A DNA stretch of 64,000 bases, from NCBI RefSeq assembly GCF_016433145.1, contig NC_058133.1:371824761-371888760 (forward strand), written 5' to 3'. Origin of the DNA: Gracilinanus agilis. Its lineage: Eukaryota. The translations under genes and the position numbers were made by a program. Shown here one piece after another: positions 1 to 12,433 of this stretch (within the stretch, counting starts at the first letter, position 1; every line of letters starts with the position of its first letter). The notes under the pieces were generated by a model that worked only from the letters and a program-made list of their open reading frames with translations, did no database searches and had not been told where the DNA came from.

Positions 1-365
1 GAATGTAATGGACCTCTGTACCAGCAGCAATACAATGACCCAGGACAATTCTGAGGGATTTATGGTAAAGATGCTACCCACATTCAGAGGAAGGACTGCA
101 GGAGAGGAAACATATAAGAAAAACAACTGCTTGAACGCATGGGTTGGGGTGGACATGATTGGGGGTGTGGACTCGAAACCACCACACCAATGCAACTACC
201 AACAATTTGGAAATTGGTCTTGATCAAGGACACATGACAAAACTAGTGGAAATGCGCATCGGCCATGGGTAGGGGGGGTGCGGGGGTGGGGTTGAAGGGG
301 AAAGGAGGAGCATGAATCATGTAACCATGTTAAAAATGAATATTAATAAATGTTAAAAAAAAGTA
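1..365 (+). mobile_element. L1 LINE 3' end (marsupial type) with G-rich tract and A tail
   Basis: Typical L1 3'UTR with G-rich tract at 265-300, aataaa and A-rich tail; truncated by window start. Confidence 0.8.
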
Positions 366-754
366 TTAATATAGAAAAAAATAAATCTAAAGCTGGAAGG
401 GACCTACCTCAGAGGCTATGGAGTTTAACCACTTTCAGGGAAAGGCCTTGGGAGATTATTAAAACATTTTTTTTGACACAGGTAGTAAGCATCAGAAGTG
501 AGATTTGAACTCCAGTCCTCTGACTCCAGAATCCTCTAGAATCATGTTTAATCATCATGTTGATCAGTTTCCAAGTCTTTCAAAATAGTTGTTTTTACAC
601 TTGTTATTATACTATAAATTGTTCTGGTTCTGCTCACTTTATAGATTCAAAGTGAGGCTCAAGAGATACCACGTCCTTTCACCTTCTTTTATATAAACTC
701 ATACTTTTGCAGTCTCAATAATAAAATAAGCCTCTCTCTATCCGGCACCCCTTC

Positions 755-951
755 CTTTTTTTTTCTTTTTAAACCCTTATCTTCTGTTGTAATATTAGTT
801 CTAAGACAGAAGGGTTACAAGAACTAGTCAGTGGGGGTTAAGTGACTTGCCCAGGATCACAGAACTAGGAAGTATTTGAGACCAGATTTAAATCTAGAAC
901 CTCCTGTCTCTGAGCCTGGCTGTCTATCCACTAAGCCATCTAACTGCCCCC
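755..951 (-). mobile_element. SINE1_Mdo-type tRNA/CORE SINE
   Basis: Reverse complement of GGGGCAG..TGG head, CORE gggttaagtgacttgcccagg and aagggtttaaaa tail. Confidence 0.8.
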
Positions 952-1139
952 TCCCCTCTTCTTTCTTAATGTATTCCCAAACTCCTTTGCTTTCTCCTTT
1001 TAAGATAAACAAAATATAACAGAAACCAATCCCAGGCCTTTTTTTGATTCTTTCTATGCCCCCTGCTGCTGTTATGGTTCTCAGAGAACTCTTGCAACAT
1101 CCTTTTCCCTACCCCTCACTCTCATTTCCCCCTTATAAA

Positions 1140-1910
1140 GTCTTTTTTGATTGCTCACTTGTATTTATCTTTTTATGTTTCTCTTAACTTCTGTGCTTAC
1201 ATTTTAAGTTTCTGGGAGACATCTCACTGTGGCTTGGGCTAGAGAGGTAGTCTTTTCATCAAGAATGTTGGGAAGCTTTCTGTTTCATTCTATTTCATTG
1301 TAAGGTTATATTGAATTGCTAGATGAATTATTCTTGCTTATAGGCCTTTGTCTTGTTTTTTTGGGGGCATTGTATCCCATACTCTCTGCTCCTTTATGGT
1401 CGAAGCTGCTAACTTGGATGTGATCCCCGATTATGGTTTCTTAGGACTTAAACTCTTCATGATTGCTTACAGTACTTTCTTTTGCTGAGAAACTCTGGAT
1501 TTGGGCTATGACATTCTTAGTTTTCTTTTTGAGGTTCCTTCCTAGATGATCAATAGAGTCTTTCTTTTTTTTACTTTGTCCTAGTGTTCCAAGAGTCTAA
1601 TATGCAATTTTCTTTTGTGATTTCTTGAAATATATCCAGTCTCTTTTTTTCCTGGGTCATTTCTTTTAAAAGGTAACTCAATGATTCTTAAAGTTTCTCT
1701 ATATGATCTGTTTTCTAGATCAGTTATTTATATTATACTTTACATTTTCTTCAACCTTTTGACTTTGCTTTAATATTTCTTACTGCCTCATGTGGTCATT
1801 AACTTTTATTTGGTTCACTATAATTTTTAGGAATCTGTTATCTGGGTAAGATTTTCTATCTCTTGTTCCAATCTGTTAATTTTCATTCCAAAACTCTTTA
1901 TCTCTTTCTA
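1140..1910 (-). mobile_element. Decayed L1 fragment (ORF1 region)
   Basis: T-rich on plus strand, resembles marsupial L1 ORF1 antisense; no intact ORF. Confidence 0.55.
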
Positions 1911-1929
1911 AAAAAAGGAACAAACAACT

Positions 1930-2085
1930 CTTACCTTCCACTTTAGAATCACTACACTGTATCGATTCCAAGGCAGAAAAGCAGTAAAGGCTAGGCAATG
2001 GGGGTGCCCAGGAAGTGTCTGAGAGCAGATTTGAACCCAGGACCTCCTATTCTAGGCCAGGCTCTTAATTCACTAAGCCACCTTG
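1930..2085 (-). mobile_element. SINE1_Mdo-type SINE, internally deleted
   Basis: cttaccttcc..ttccaaggcag..ggctaggcaatggggg..gatttgaacccaggacctcc. Confidence 0.75.
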
Positions 2086-2237
2086 TTGTACCACCCCACC
2101 CCCCACTCACCCAACCCCATCCCCTAATTCCTGGGTCATATCTGAAAAAAAAATGTCAATCTGCAACTTGAGTCCATCACCTTCATTATGAGGAGGTGGA
2201 CAGTGTTTCATCCATTTCTTTTCCAATTCTTATTTCA

Positions 2238-2416
2238 GGGGCAGCTGGATAGCTCAGTGGATTGAGAGCCAGGCCTAGAGACGGGAGGTCCTAAGCTCAA
2301 ATCTGACCTCAGACACTTCCCAGCTGTGTGACCCTGGGCAAGTCACTTGACCCCCATTGCCTACCCTTACCACTCTTCTGCCTCGGAGCCAAAGGTAAGG
2401 GTTTAAAAAAAAAAAG
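2238..2416 (+). mobile_element. SINE1_Mdo-type SINE (young, short tail)
   Basis: ggggcagctggatagctcagtggattgagagcc head; retained CpGs; gtaagggtttaaaaaaa tail. Confidence 0.9.
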
Positions 2417-3291
2417 TTTGGCTAAGATCTGGGTTAACTATAACTGTGACATTTCCTTCCACTAATTTAGTTACTTGTATCAAAAAATGATTGTTTGGCA
2501 TGACTCAATTCTTGATGAAGCCATGTTGGCTCTTCTGCTTCCTTTCTATTCACCAACCATCTTATTAACAATTTGTTCTAGAATTTTCCCAAGTAACAAA
2601 GTATATTTTTCTAGCATATGAAAGAGAGACTCTGTTCTTTTCCCCTTTTTGAAATTGGGATTCTATCTTTCCTTTGAACATTTGAAATCTGCTTTCCCTA
2701 AATTGAGAGTGCATGCCAGACTATATCTAGATTTTCTTTCCTTCATCACAGATTCTAGGAGGGAATGATCACGTATCCTGGGGTTCCCATCATTTTCATC
2801 CTAGCAACCATTTTATTCGCTGTTATAATTGGCTCTATAACAGAATTTCCACTTGTTGCTTCCTCTACCTTTTGAAGGATGAAATTATTATTAAAGCAAG
2901 GCACATGGCACATGCTTAATAAAATCAAGGAGAAAAAAATGACTAAATGGCCTAGGAAAGAGGAAAAAAGAAACTATTGGTCAGAGCATAAAACCAAGGG
3001 GGAACAGAACCACCAGAAGTTACAATATAGAAATTATCTCCCAATAAAAAACAATCTCACCACTTCTGGAAATTTGATTTCCTTCAGTGGAATCAGCAAT
3101 CATGAAGCTCTCTGAGCAAACCTTTTTTAACTTAGCAGAAAAAGAACATGGAGTATAAATTAATATCCAGTATACCTGAGATTGTACTTCATACTCAGCA
3201 AACTGATAAAAGATAAAAAAATATGATAAATACGGAGGAGTGTGAAAAAATACAGAGCCAGGCACAATGAAATAAGTAGAACCAGGAAAAC

Positions 3292-3349
3292 AACATAAAC
3301 AATAACTATGATGATGTCAAAACATAAACAATAACTACGATGATGTCAA
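3292..3349 (+). repeat. 29-bp tandem duplication
   Basis: aacataaacaataactaYgatgatgtcaa twice, one mismatch. Confidence 0.9.
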
Positions 3350-3589
3350 GGAAAGAACAACATGCCCCAGAACCAAATAAGGAAAATTATAACAACCAAG
3401 CTTGTCCCAAAGGAAGGAGATTCTGACTCCTGCCTCTGAAGAGGTAGGGGAATGGGGGTATCAAACACTGGATGTAATTTCAGACTTTCCCATATATTGG
3501 TTAGTTTATTTTTGATTTAGTTTTTTGTTTGTTTGAAATCACAGATCATCTTATCTGACGCTTGGCAACGTATCATTTGTTAGCTTTGG

Positions 3590-3810
3590 GAGAAGATTTT
3601 TTTTTTTTAAGAAAAATTTTCCATGGTTACATGATTCATGTTCTTACTTTCCCCCTTCAACCTCCTTCCTCATAGCCGACACGTATTTCCACTGGTTTTA
3701 ACATGTGTCATCGATCAAGACCTATTTCCAAATTGTTGATAGTTGCATTGGTGTGGTAGTTTCAAGTCTACATCCCCAATCATGTCTGCATCAATCCATG
3801 TGTTCAAGCA
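3590..3810 (-). mobile_element. L1 3' end fragment
   Basis: Antisense match to the same L1 3' end as 1-365 (ggttacatgattcatg, tttccactggttt, catccccaatcatgtc). Confidence 0.8.
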
Positions 3811-3917
3811 GTTGTGATGCAGAGTGGACTACAGGAGTGGGGGAAGCAGATTTTTGAAGGGACTTTTCTCTAGGAGAGGGCCTTTGGGGCAGCCTCTTTT
3901 AGCCTCAGGTTCCCAGA

Positions 3918-3957
3918 TCCTCCTCCTCCTCCTCCTCCGCCTCCTCCTCCTCCTTCT
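3918..3957. repeat. (CCT)n microsatellite
   Basis: Direct reading. Confidence 0.9.
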
Positions 3958-4140
3958 TCTTTTTTTAAACCCTTACCTTCCATCTTGGAGTCAATACTGA
4001 GTATTAGCTCCAAAGCAGAAGAGTGGTAAGGGCTAGACAATGGAGGTCAAGTGACTGGCCCAGGGTTACACAGCTAGGAAGTGTCTGAGGCCAGATTTGA
4101 ACCTAGGACCTCTCATCTCTAGGCCTGGCTCTCAATTCCT
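3958..4140 (-). mobile_element. SINE1_Mdo-type SINE
   Basis: tttaaacccttaccttccatcttggagtcaatac... antisense. Confidence 0.85.
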
Positions 4141-5245
4141 GGCTTTTTGCTCATCCTTCTCCTTCTGGTCTGCTTTTCTTTGTAGATCAACTTTCACCTT
4201 CTTTGCTTCGTTTTTTCAGCTGGTCAATTTGGGCTTTTAAGAGATTATTGTCTTGTTTTAGAGCATGTATTTCCTTTTCCCAGTTGTCTTCAGCCTCTGT
4301 TGATTGTTTTCTGAGTTCTTGAGTTAACTGATTTTAAGTTCTTCCAAAGCTTGTAGCCATTTCACTGAAGTTTTATGTTTTTTCTTGGTGTTCCTTTATC
4401 TTCTTCTGATCCATTTTCTGTTTGTTCAATTTCTGGATAAAAGCAGTCAATTGTGGTTTCTTTTTTCTTTTGTTTACTCATATTTTTTCCTTCTTTCTCC
4501 TCTGTAATTGGCTGTAATCTTGATCCTCTGATCATTTTTTTTATCTGTGGGTTTGGGCTATTCAGCCCTGGGAGGGCTTCTTCTGTTTTGTTGATTAATT
4601 AGGTTAGTGGGACCTGAAGCCAGATTTTCCCCAGCTGGTGGTAAAAGCTAAAGAAGTGAATTGGGCTACTTTCCCTGTAGTCTGTGGGTGAGGGTTGTTG
4701 GAGCTTCCCTGCCCTCTGAAGACTTCCAGTCGGCTGTGCTGATAGGATTAAGCCCAGGTGTAGTTGATCTGCATAGCTAGGAGTGCCCTAAGGTCAAAAC
4801 CTAGAGAGAAAAGGGTGGGAGCAGCACAGATGGAGGGTTGTGCTGGAGGGTATGTTCACCCTCTCTGGGTTTCTCCCCCAGCAGCCTCCCTGCTGTCTGT
4901 GATCAGAGCCTTGAGTTTGGCACAGCTGTGCCAGAGAGGCACTATCTTAGACTAGTGCCCCTACCCACCCAGATCTGCTGGAGACTCAGCACATTAGGTA
5001 GAGGAGGGGATCTGGGATCTTCCTCCTTTCTTTCCCTTCCCACCTGAGAGTTCCAAGAATTCAGGCTTTTTTTTTTCTCTTCTTCCCCCTTCCCCCCTTT
5101 TAAGTTGGGTTCAGCTGGAGGATCCCCCAGCTCTGTTGTGTAGTCAGATTTGGTTTTCTGTTCCCTCGGAGCTCTTTGTTCTTGATTGGTGGTGAAGGGC
5201 TTTACGGAGGTCTGGAGCCTAGCTGCTTCTACGCTGCCCATCTTC
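4141..5245 (-). mobile_element. L1 5'UTR plus start of ORF1
   Basis: Minus strand begins aagaagatgggcagcgtagaagcagc, similar to an L1 5' end, followed by lysine/glutamate-rich ORF1-like sequence. Confidence 0.6.
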
Positions 5246-8200
5246 TTAGAATTCCCCAGGATATTCCCTGGCTCTCAATCCACTGAGCTACCCAGCTGGC
5301 CCCTCTCCCATATCCTTCTGAGTGTGCCTGCCTTTTGGGCCCAGACCCCTTCTTCTGTGGGGACATCTGGAAGGCACAGGTGCTGTTTTCTAGGTTGTGC
5401 CCATCTTAGGGGATGCCTTTAGAGCAGAGGCCTTTTAGAGTTTTTTTCACTCTCTGCATGATATTTCAGTTTCATTGGGGTGGGGTGGGGGTGGGGTGTT
5501 GTGACTTTTACAAATCTCTCATTTTGGCTTTCCTATCTTTAGCTTTATCTTTCTTTTTGGTCTACCTTGTAGTTGTCCATTTTGAATTAATGTTTTTTTC
5601 CCACCAGCCCAGCCATACTTGTGACAGGCCCTATGTGGGACCCAAGAATGAAGTTTGTGAGAGGCATCCATCCAAATGGCACAGCCTATGTCTACAGAAC
5701 ATGATGATGAAGAAGAAGAACAGCAACTGGTCTTTATGTTCTACTTTAAGGGTTGTAAATCACTTTACACATTATCTCATTTGAAATTCACAACAACCTA
5801 GTGAAATAGGAGCTTTTATTATACCCACTTTATAGATGAGGAAATGGAAACTGAAAGCAGTTAAATGAATTACCCAGAATCCCAGTTAGAGAAAGTGTCT
5901 GAGTCAGGACTCACTCAGATTCAGGTGATGTCGGTCCAGGACCACACACTTCCTGTAGCTAGGAAGTACATTTTGTCTACTCTTCACCTGCCTCCAACAC
6001 CTATAATAGCTACCAGCTGGTCAGCATGTGACCGGAGCCAGTCAAATTCTACTTGGTGACTATTAGTTGTGTGCCCCAGGTTTCTCCTCTCTATGTTAAG
6101 GGCCAATCAGAGCGCACTGCACTTCCTGGGGAGGCGGTACCCAGACCCTCTGCTCTCCTCTCTCTCACACAAGGCTCAGCTTGGCAAGGGGAGGGAGTCC
6201 CAGGACTACACGGATTAGTTCTGTTTCACTTTTTTTCCTTCTGTTTTAAACGTGCTTTGGTGTACAATGAAGGAGAAGGATATGGTGGGAAAGGTAGAAG
6301 TAAAAACAAAATATGATTAATTTTTTAAAATTTGAAAGTGTAATCTAATCAATCGTTGATGACTCAATTCATCTTTTTGTATTTCAGTTTCTTCTGTATA
6401 GTTTTATCTGTAAAATGGATATAACTTTCATGCCCAATATAAGAACATTTTAAACTGTAGAATAAATTTGACTGACATTCAATTTACACATGTGGAATTT
6501 TAAATGAAACAAAGTGTTTTGTTCCAATGTGTGGGTTCATGCTCCTCTAGGTCATTTTTATACGTTCATTTTTAGATTTGATCAGTTTATTATATTTTGT
6601 GTAATGAAGGAATTATATTAAAGCAAGCTAATGCTAATTAAGTTAAAGACTTTTTGAATTTTCAGATGTTTCTTGTTACGACTTGGGTCTCAGTTTTACT
6701 TTAAATTTATTAAGGAAAGGTACTGAAATATATTATGAAAAACTGATCTCTCTCTCACACACAAAAAGCCCTCAAATAAGAAGGCTGTGATGAACATTAA
6801 TTCATTCTAATCCTACTGTCTAATTGCATATATTCTTCAGATTCTACAATGAGGCAGAAAAATGTCAAATCTTCAAGGTCAGACATGAAGCCATCATAAG
6901 AGCTGAATATAAAAACTGTTAATACTCTGGCATTCGGGCTATCAGGATGGAGGAATTACAGGCATTTCTTAAGTTTTATCTTGTGTGCTAATGATAGAAG
7001 TACATCCATCATTTTAGATAACATATAAATGTCATTTCCCCCATTTGCTTCTCTGATCTCTTTACATTTCAGTACCTTTCACAGAGGATCACACAATCTG
7101 ACTTAAAAAGGAACTTAGAGGTTTTTCATCATCATCTTAACTGACACTCACCAAGCAATTTATGGCTTACAAAATACTTGATATTCATTATCATATTTTA
7201 GCTTCACAGCAATCTTGTGAAGTAGACACAATTATCCCCATTTTACTGATGAAAAAACTTCACAATGAAGTGGCTTTCTCAGAGATGCACAACTTGCAAA
7301 CACCACAGATGGGCCCTTCTAACTCCCATTCAATTGACCAGCGTCCAAGTGGCAACAACAGGTTTAACATAACATCCTAGAACAATCTTTTTACAATTGT
7401 AACACTGTGTCACATTTTATTTAGCAACATTTCCCTGCCTTTAGTAAACTCGCCCAACATGTATTTATCTTTTAAATGAAACAAACATGTATTGTTTCAG
7501 GAGACATTCATCTTGCACTCATCCCAGGCTCCTGCAGGCCATCTTCATACCCAACAAGAACTCTCCTTGCCACTTCCCCATCTCGATACAACCTCATCCT
7601 TATCCTCATTTCCTTCAAATCAAGCTCCTCCTTCTCTGTGAAAGCCTTTCTTGATCCCCATGTCACACCCTCTTAGCAACTTTGTATTTATTTTGTATTT
7701 ATTCTACCCATACGTGTCTCAGTAGAATTTAAGTTCCTTGAAAATAGGGACTATTTCATTCTTTTTAGGTGAATTCACAGCACTTGGCACATAACTGTTC
7801 TGTCATGTCAGACTGTATGTGCTACTGTGGACAAAGTCCACACATAGTGTCTTCTTAACAAAGATAATGGAGTAGTTTGCCATTTCTTTCTCCAGGGTGT
7901 TCCCATTTTACAGTTAAGGAACTAGATTATACATGTATTATCATGCAAAATATACTTCCATATTGGTTACTATTGCAACACAATATTCATATAAAACCAA
8001 AACCCTGAAATAAAACTATAAATAAATTAATGTGGAAGACAGTATGCTCTGAAGATCTCTAATTCTAAATCTTTTCATTACACCAAACTCCTTACAGTTG
8101 AGGCTGTAAAATATTTGGGACTTGAGATTAGTGTGTGATTACTCTTCTACTTTTTTCACTGTTCCTTGTTTCTAAAAACCTCCCAACTACATGAACAAAA

Positions 8201-8309
8201 TTCATCATGATTCTCAAACTACTGACCAAATACAGTCAAATCCAACACAAAAGGAGATCCAGATGTAATCAAGCTTCATCCAGCCAGCAGTACAGAGAAG
8301 TGCCCTTTC

Positions 8310-8410
8310 AAAAAGAGAAGGAAATGGCAAACCACTCCAGCCTCTTTGCCAAAAAAATCTCAAATGGGGTCACAAAAGAGTTGGACATGATTGAAATGAC
8401 TGAACAATAA
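8310..8410 (+). mobile_element. RTE-derived tail of Mar1-type SINE
   Basis: gagaaggaaatggcaaaccactccag..gggtcacaaaagagttggacatga..gactgaacaa, BovB/RTE-like 3' end. Confidence 0.75.
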
Positions 8411-10170
8411 CAACTTTCATCAGTCTTCCACAAGAGTACGTCCCATAACTATCATATCCCTCTCCCAAAGCCTTCTCTTTTCCAGCCTAAACATCCCGAG
8501 TTCCTTTAACCAGTCCTCACAGAGCAGTTCTTCATGAATTCCCCATCTATCTGCATGAGTCTCGTTAAAAAGCTCCCTCTATTTTCTTCATTGGAATCAT
8601 TTCAGTTTGTGTTTTCAGAATTTTACTCTTGAGGGCTTCCCATCCCTCTTGGACCAACTCTCTCTAGAATATCATGCCATTGGATCCTCTCTATTCTTTC
8701 TCGCAACACTGAGAAATCTACTATCCCAAAACCTAGTGCAAATCAGACAACATGCGACTTTTCTTCTTGATGCAATCCACCCCCTATACAATTTGCCAAA
8801 GTGATATTCCTAAAGCACCAGAATGACCACGTCCCTCTTCTGTTCAAAAACTCCAGGAGCTCTTGGATAAATGAGAGAATCTCATTCTTCTATCCTCTTC
8901 CACTGACCCAATTTCAGAAACCTCTCCCATGTCTCCTCTACATCACCTTCTTTCTATCATAGATGATAACATTTAAGAGTTGACCTAATCTGGCCCCGTA
9001 TTTCATGGATGAGGTTAATGGGGCCAAGGGAACCAACATGATTTGCCTAAGGTTAGCTAATGTCAGATCCTGAAACTCAAGATTCTTTCCAGGATGCCTA
9101 CAGAAACTTCTGGTCTCTTTTTCCACCTCTTCACTACCCTCCTTCATACCCTGGGGAAATCTCCACCCTTAAGTCCCACTTTCCTAACTAATGATTCCCC
9201 CACTTGACTCTGTGCCAGGGGCTATGGTAAGCCCCAATGTCCCACTGGAAACCAGCATTTCCACAGGACCCTCAGCAGTGCTCATTTTATTTCTAGACTC
9301 CTCTATGTCTTCAACAACTGTCTTGCATCTTGTGTGAGTACCCATCCCACTCCTACCTGATTCCCTGTTATATGTAGTCTTCCCTCATTAGAATATAAGT
9401 TCCTCAGGGGGCTGTCTTGCTTACTTGTATTTGTATGCCCGTGCTTTACACAAGGCCTATACATATCAAGTGCTTAATAAATGGTCTAGCTAGCTATTTT
9501 AATGTTGAAAGAAAGCTATCTTTTAACCTAATGTAGCAAAAGAAATAATGAGGTTAATTTTTTTAAAAAGGCCTTCATAAAATTATGAAGAATGAAATGA
9601 ATAGCACCAAGAAACACTGTATACAGCAACAGATATACTGTTTAAAGAATAACTTTTAAAGGTCCACTTCCAGAAGTGATAAACAGAAACAAGTAAGACA
9701 GTTTTATATAGATTTTTTTTTTTTTTTTTGGTAAAGAGGGAAATACCTGGGAACTTTAATGTAACAAACAAATTAAAAAAGAAGAAGAAGGAGAGACAGC
9801 CTTTATCAGACTATACATCCCAACCTGATTTTGGAAAATATGAGTCTCTTTTCTAACCCAGTTCTCATGAATAAAATAATCAATAATTATGATTGATGGT
9901 ATAAATGCCATAGAATGCTATCCATCCCTTATCTTAAAATAATAACAAAGAACACCATTAAACTTCCCAAATCTTTTTTATAAAATAGTCATTTCAATTA
10001 TAATTTAAATTCAATAAATATTTCTTAACTATGCACCGTGATGGATACTGAGGGGGTGGAGACATCCCTTTGTTAGTGGATTTTTGCAATGTATTAGAAA
10101 GCCAGAACATAAAAATTCCTGCTAAGAAAGATCACCAATTGGAGAAACACTGGGGAAGATAAATACTCAC

Positions 10171-10477
10171 CTGATATCCTGGCATGAAGATTCTGCTTCA
10201 TACAAAATTCCCCAGGTTGTGAAAGAGATTGCAGAATTGTCAGGGCTGCCCTTTTTAAGGCACTATCAAAAATAGGGAGTACCTCAGTGGGGAATGCATT
10301 GAAATATTCCCCAATTTCCATGTTCGTCTCAAAAAGAGTCATAGCATCAACCACTACAGGATAGTGAGTATCTTCATCTTTTTCTTTCAGGATCTGTAAG
10401 ACTTCATTCTTATGGAATTCTGAAACATATGATTCAAACACCTGACCAATCAGAGCGACTTGATCTTTATTCATCAT
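10171..10477 (-). CDS. MCM9: MCM9 DNA helicase, first coding exon (102 codons + 1 nt)
   Basis: [59 protein letters not shown]...NLHARISG matches the recalled MCM9 N-terminus; acceptor tctgtctacctAG before 10481; donor GTGAGT at 10170-10165; syntenic with FAM184A. Confidence 0.95.
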
Positions 10478-11487
10478 GAACCTAGGTAGACAGAGAAAGG
10501 TTTAAAAAATAAGTACAATGACAAAAAAAACACCCCTTTTGTATTTTGAAAGTTTTGTTAAAAACAAAACAAAACCAAAAATATATAATTTTAGAAAACT
10601 TATGGGCCACCATTTTGTATTAATTAGTTCCCACATGAACCAAATGTCATTAGTTAGCTTAAGTTAATCAGTTTTTAAAATAAAATTATCAAGAATAACT
10701 TAATTATTTATTAGAATCAATAAGAATCTTTTAAAAATCATGGAACTAGAGCCTAGAGGGAAAGAATGATTATTTTGGCCCAAACTTGGTCAAATGCCTC
10801 TCCCTTCAGATTAATTTCTCTTCCTGTTAACTTTTCTTTTTTCTCCCTCAACTCCCTATTCTCTAATTGAGTCTATGATAACACTAAATTGCCTTTCTAT
10901 TTTGTTTGGCCACATTCCATACAGAGAATTAATTATCTCATAGTTACACAGGGCTTCAAAGTTTGTCAAAGCTAATGTTCTGACTGGTTAGTTTTGTCTT
11001 GAGTCAGGTCTGAGTATCTAACCTTATAGTTCACGATGACCTCTTGGCCATGACTGAGTTAAGTGAATGCTAATAAACACAAACATTTATTATACAAGGG
11101 GTCGGCAACGTATGGCTCTCGAGACATATCTGGCTCTTTTGCGGGCCAGATATGGCTGTTTCTGCAGGAGCCATAAAGTCAATTTTTTTTCAGGCGCTGT
11201 TATAGGAGCGCACACTGTGAGCACTGACAGACGAACCACGGCACAGTAACTAACAGTTTACGCATGACATTGTGCGTCACGTGTCACGTACCTTTCAGTA
11301 CCGTGACTATCTTCTAAGCTAGAAGGCTCCCTCATTGATATTGCCGTGCGAGATGAATCCTGGTCTTTAGTTCAACTTGGTAGGTGTGCTGTGTGTTCCT
11401 CCTCCTGCCCTCCTTTTACTCTTTCCACACCAGTTACTGACATCTTGGGATTCTGTATAGTGATTGATCACTTTTGTCTACATTCTC

Positions 11488-11755
11488 TACCCCTCTGCCT
11501 CTGATTTACATGGCTTTATCTCAGTGCATATATACATTTACAATCCTGTCTCACTTTTTTTTACCTATTCTGCTGCTATATTTATTTTTCAGTGAGGACA
11601 TTGCTTTGTTTGTTACCCCTCTGCCTCTGATTTTCACGGCTTTATCTCAGTGTATTTATACATTTGCAATCCATCCCTGGAACGGTCTCACTTGTTTTAC
11701 CTATTCTGCTGCTATATTGATTTTTCAGTGAGGACACTGCCTTATTTGTTACCTC
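11488..11755 (+). repeat. ~126-bp diverged tandem duplication in the hAT 5' region
   Basis: tacccctctgcctctgattt...ttacctattctgctgctata...ttttcagtgaggaca occurs at 11488 and 11614. Confidence 0.85.
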
Positions 11756-12433
11756 TATTCATGGGGTCTGCACTCCCTATTTGTGGGACTGTTATTGTTT
11801 TTAACTTTTCTACCTGCTCTTAAAGGGGAACTATAGTCAGATTACATCTTTACATATGCTTCATTAGTGAGAAGCATTTCTCCCCAGTAGTTGATACAGA
11901 ATGATTGAGTAGGCAGCACTGATAAACACCTGTACCAGGAAATGTGTGTGATGTGTCCTGGCCAGTTTTCCATAAAAAGGTACCCTCCTCCCCCACTACT
12001 TACTAATGCCTGCACACAAGTCATGTTATTTTCTGTTATCTCCTGATCTCCTACTTAATTTATGTGGCCAAATGGCTTAACCAGCAGGCCGGCAGCTTTT
12101 TCTTCTCCTGTTGCCTAACTTGAGAGAGGGAGAGGAAAAGTATTCTTCCCTGAATTTTTCTCTCTTTATTTCATCAATTTTCTTAGTGTAAAGGAGTTTA
12201 ATATGTATGTGTGCAGTTATATCAGTACTATAGTGCCCCGTTAAGTCTTGTTTTTTGATTAATAAAATAGCTTAAATTGGATGTTTTTCTTTCTTTTTGT
12301 TTTCACAGCTGGAGAAGGGGACAGCCCTTGTTGGTATTTAACTTCAAATTTTCTAATTAAATTGAACTGCACTTTCCTTCCTTTTAATAAAGTAGTTGGC
12401 TAACTAATTGCAGAAACCCTTTTATCGAAGAAG

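Noticed and set aside
265-310. G-quadruplex tract
   Set aside because: Ordinary feature of L1 3' UTRs
2879-3420. Possible processed pseudogene in an A-rich non-repeat stretch
   Set aside because: No recognisable protein in any frame; cannot be supported without a search
1-10090. Further MCM9 coding exons or the nested ASF1A gene
   Set aside because: No sequence resembling GLPVCPEL... or ASF1A was found; they probably lie left of the window
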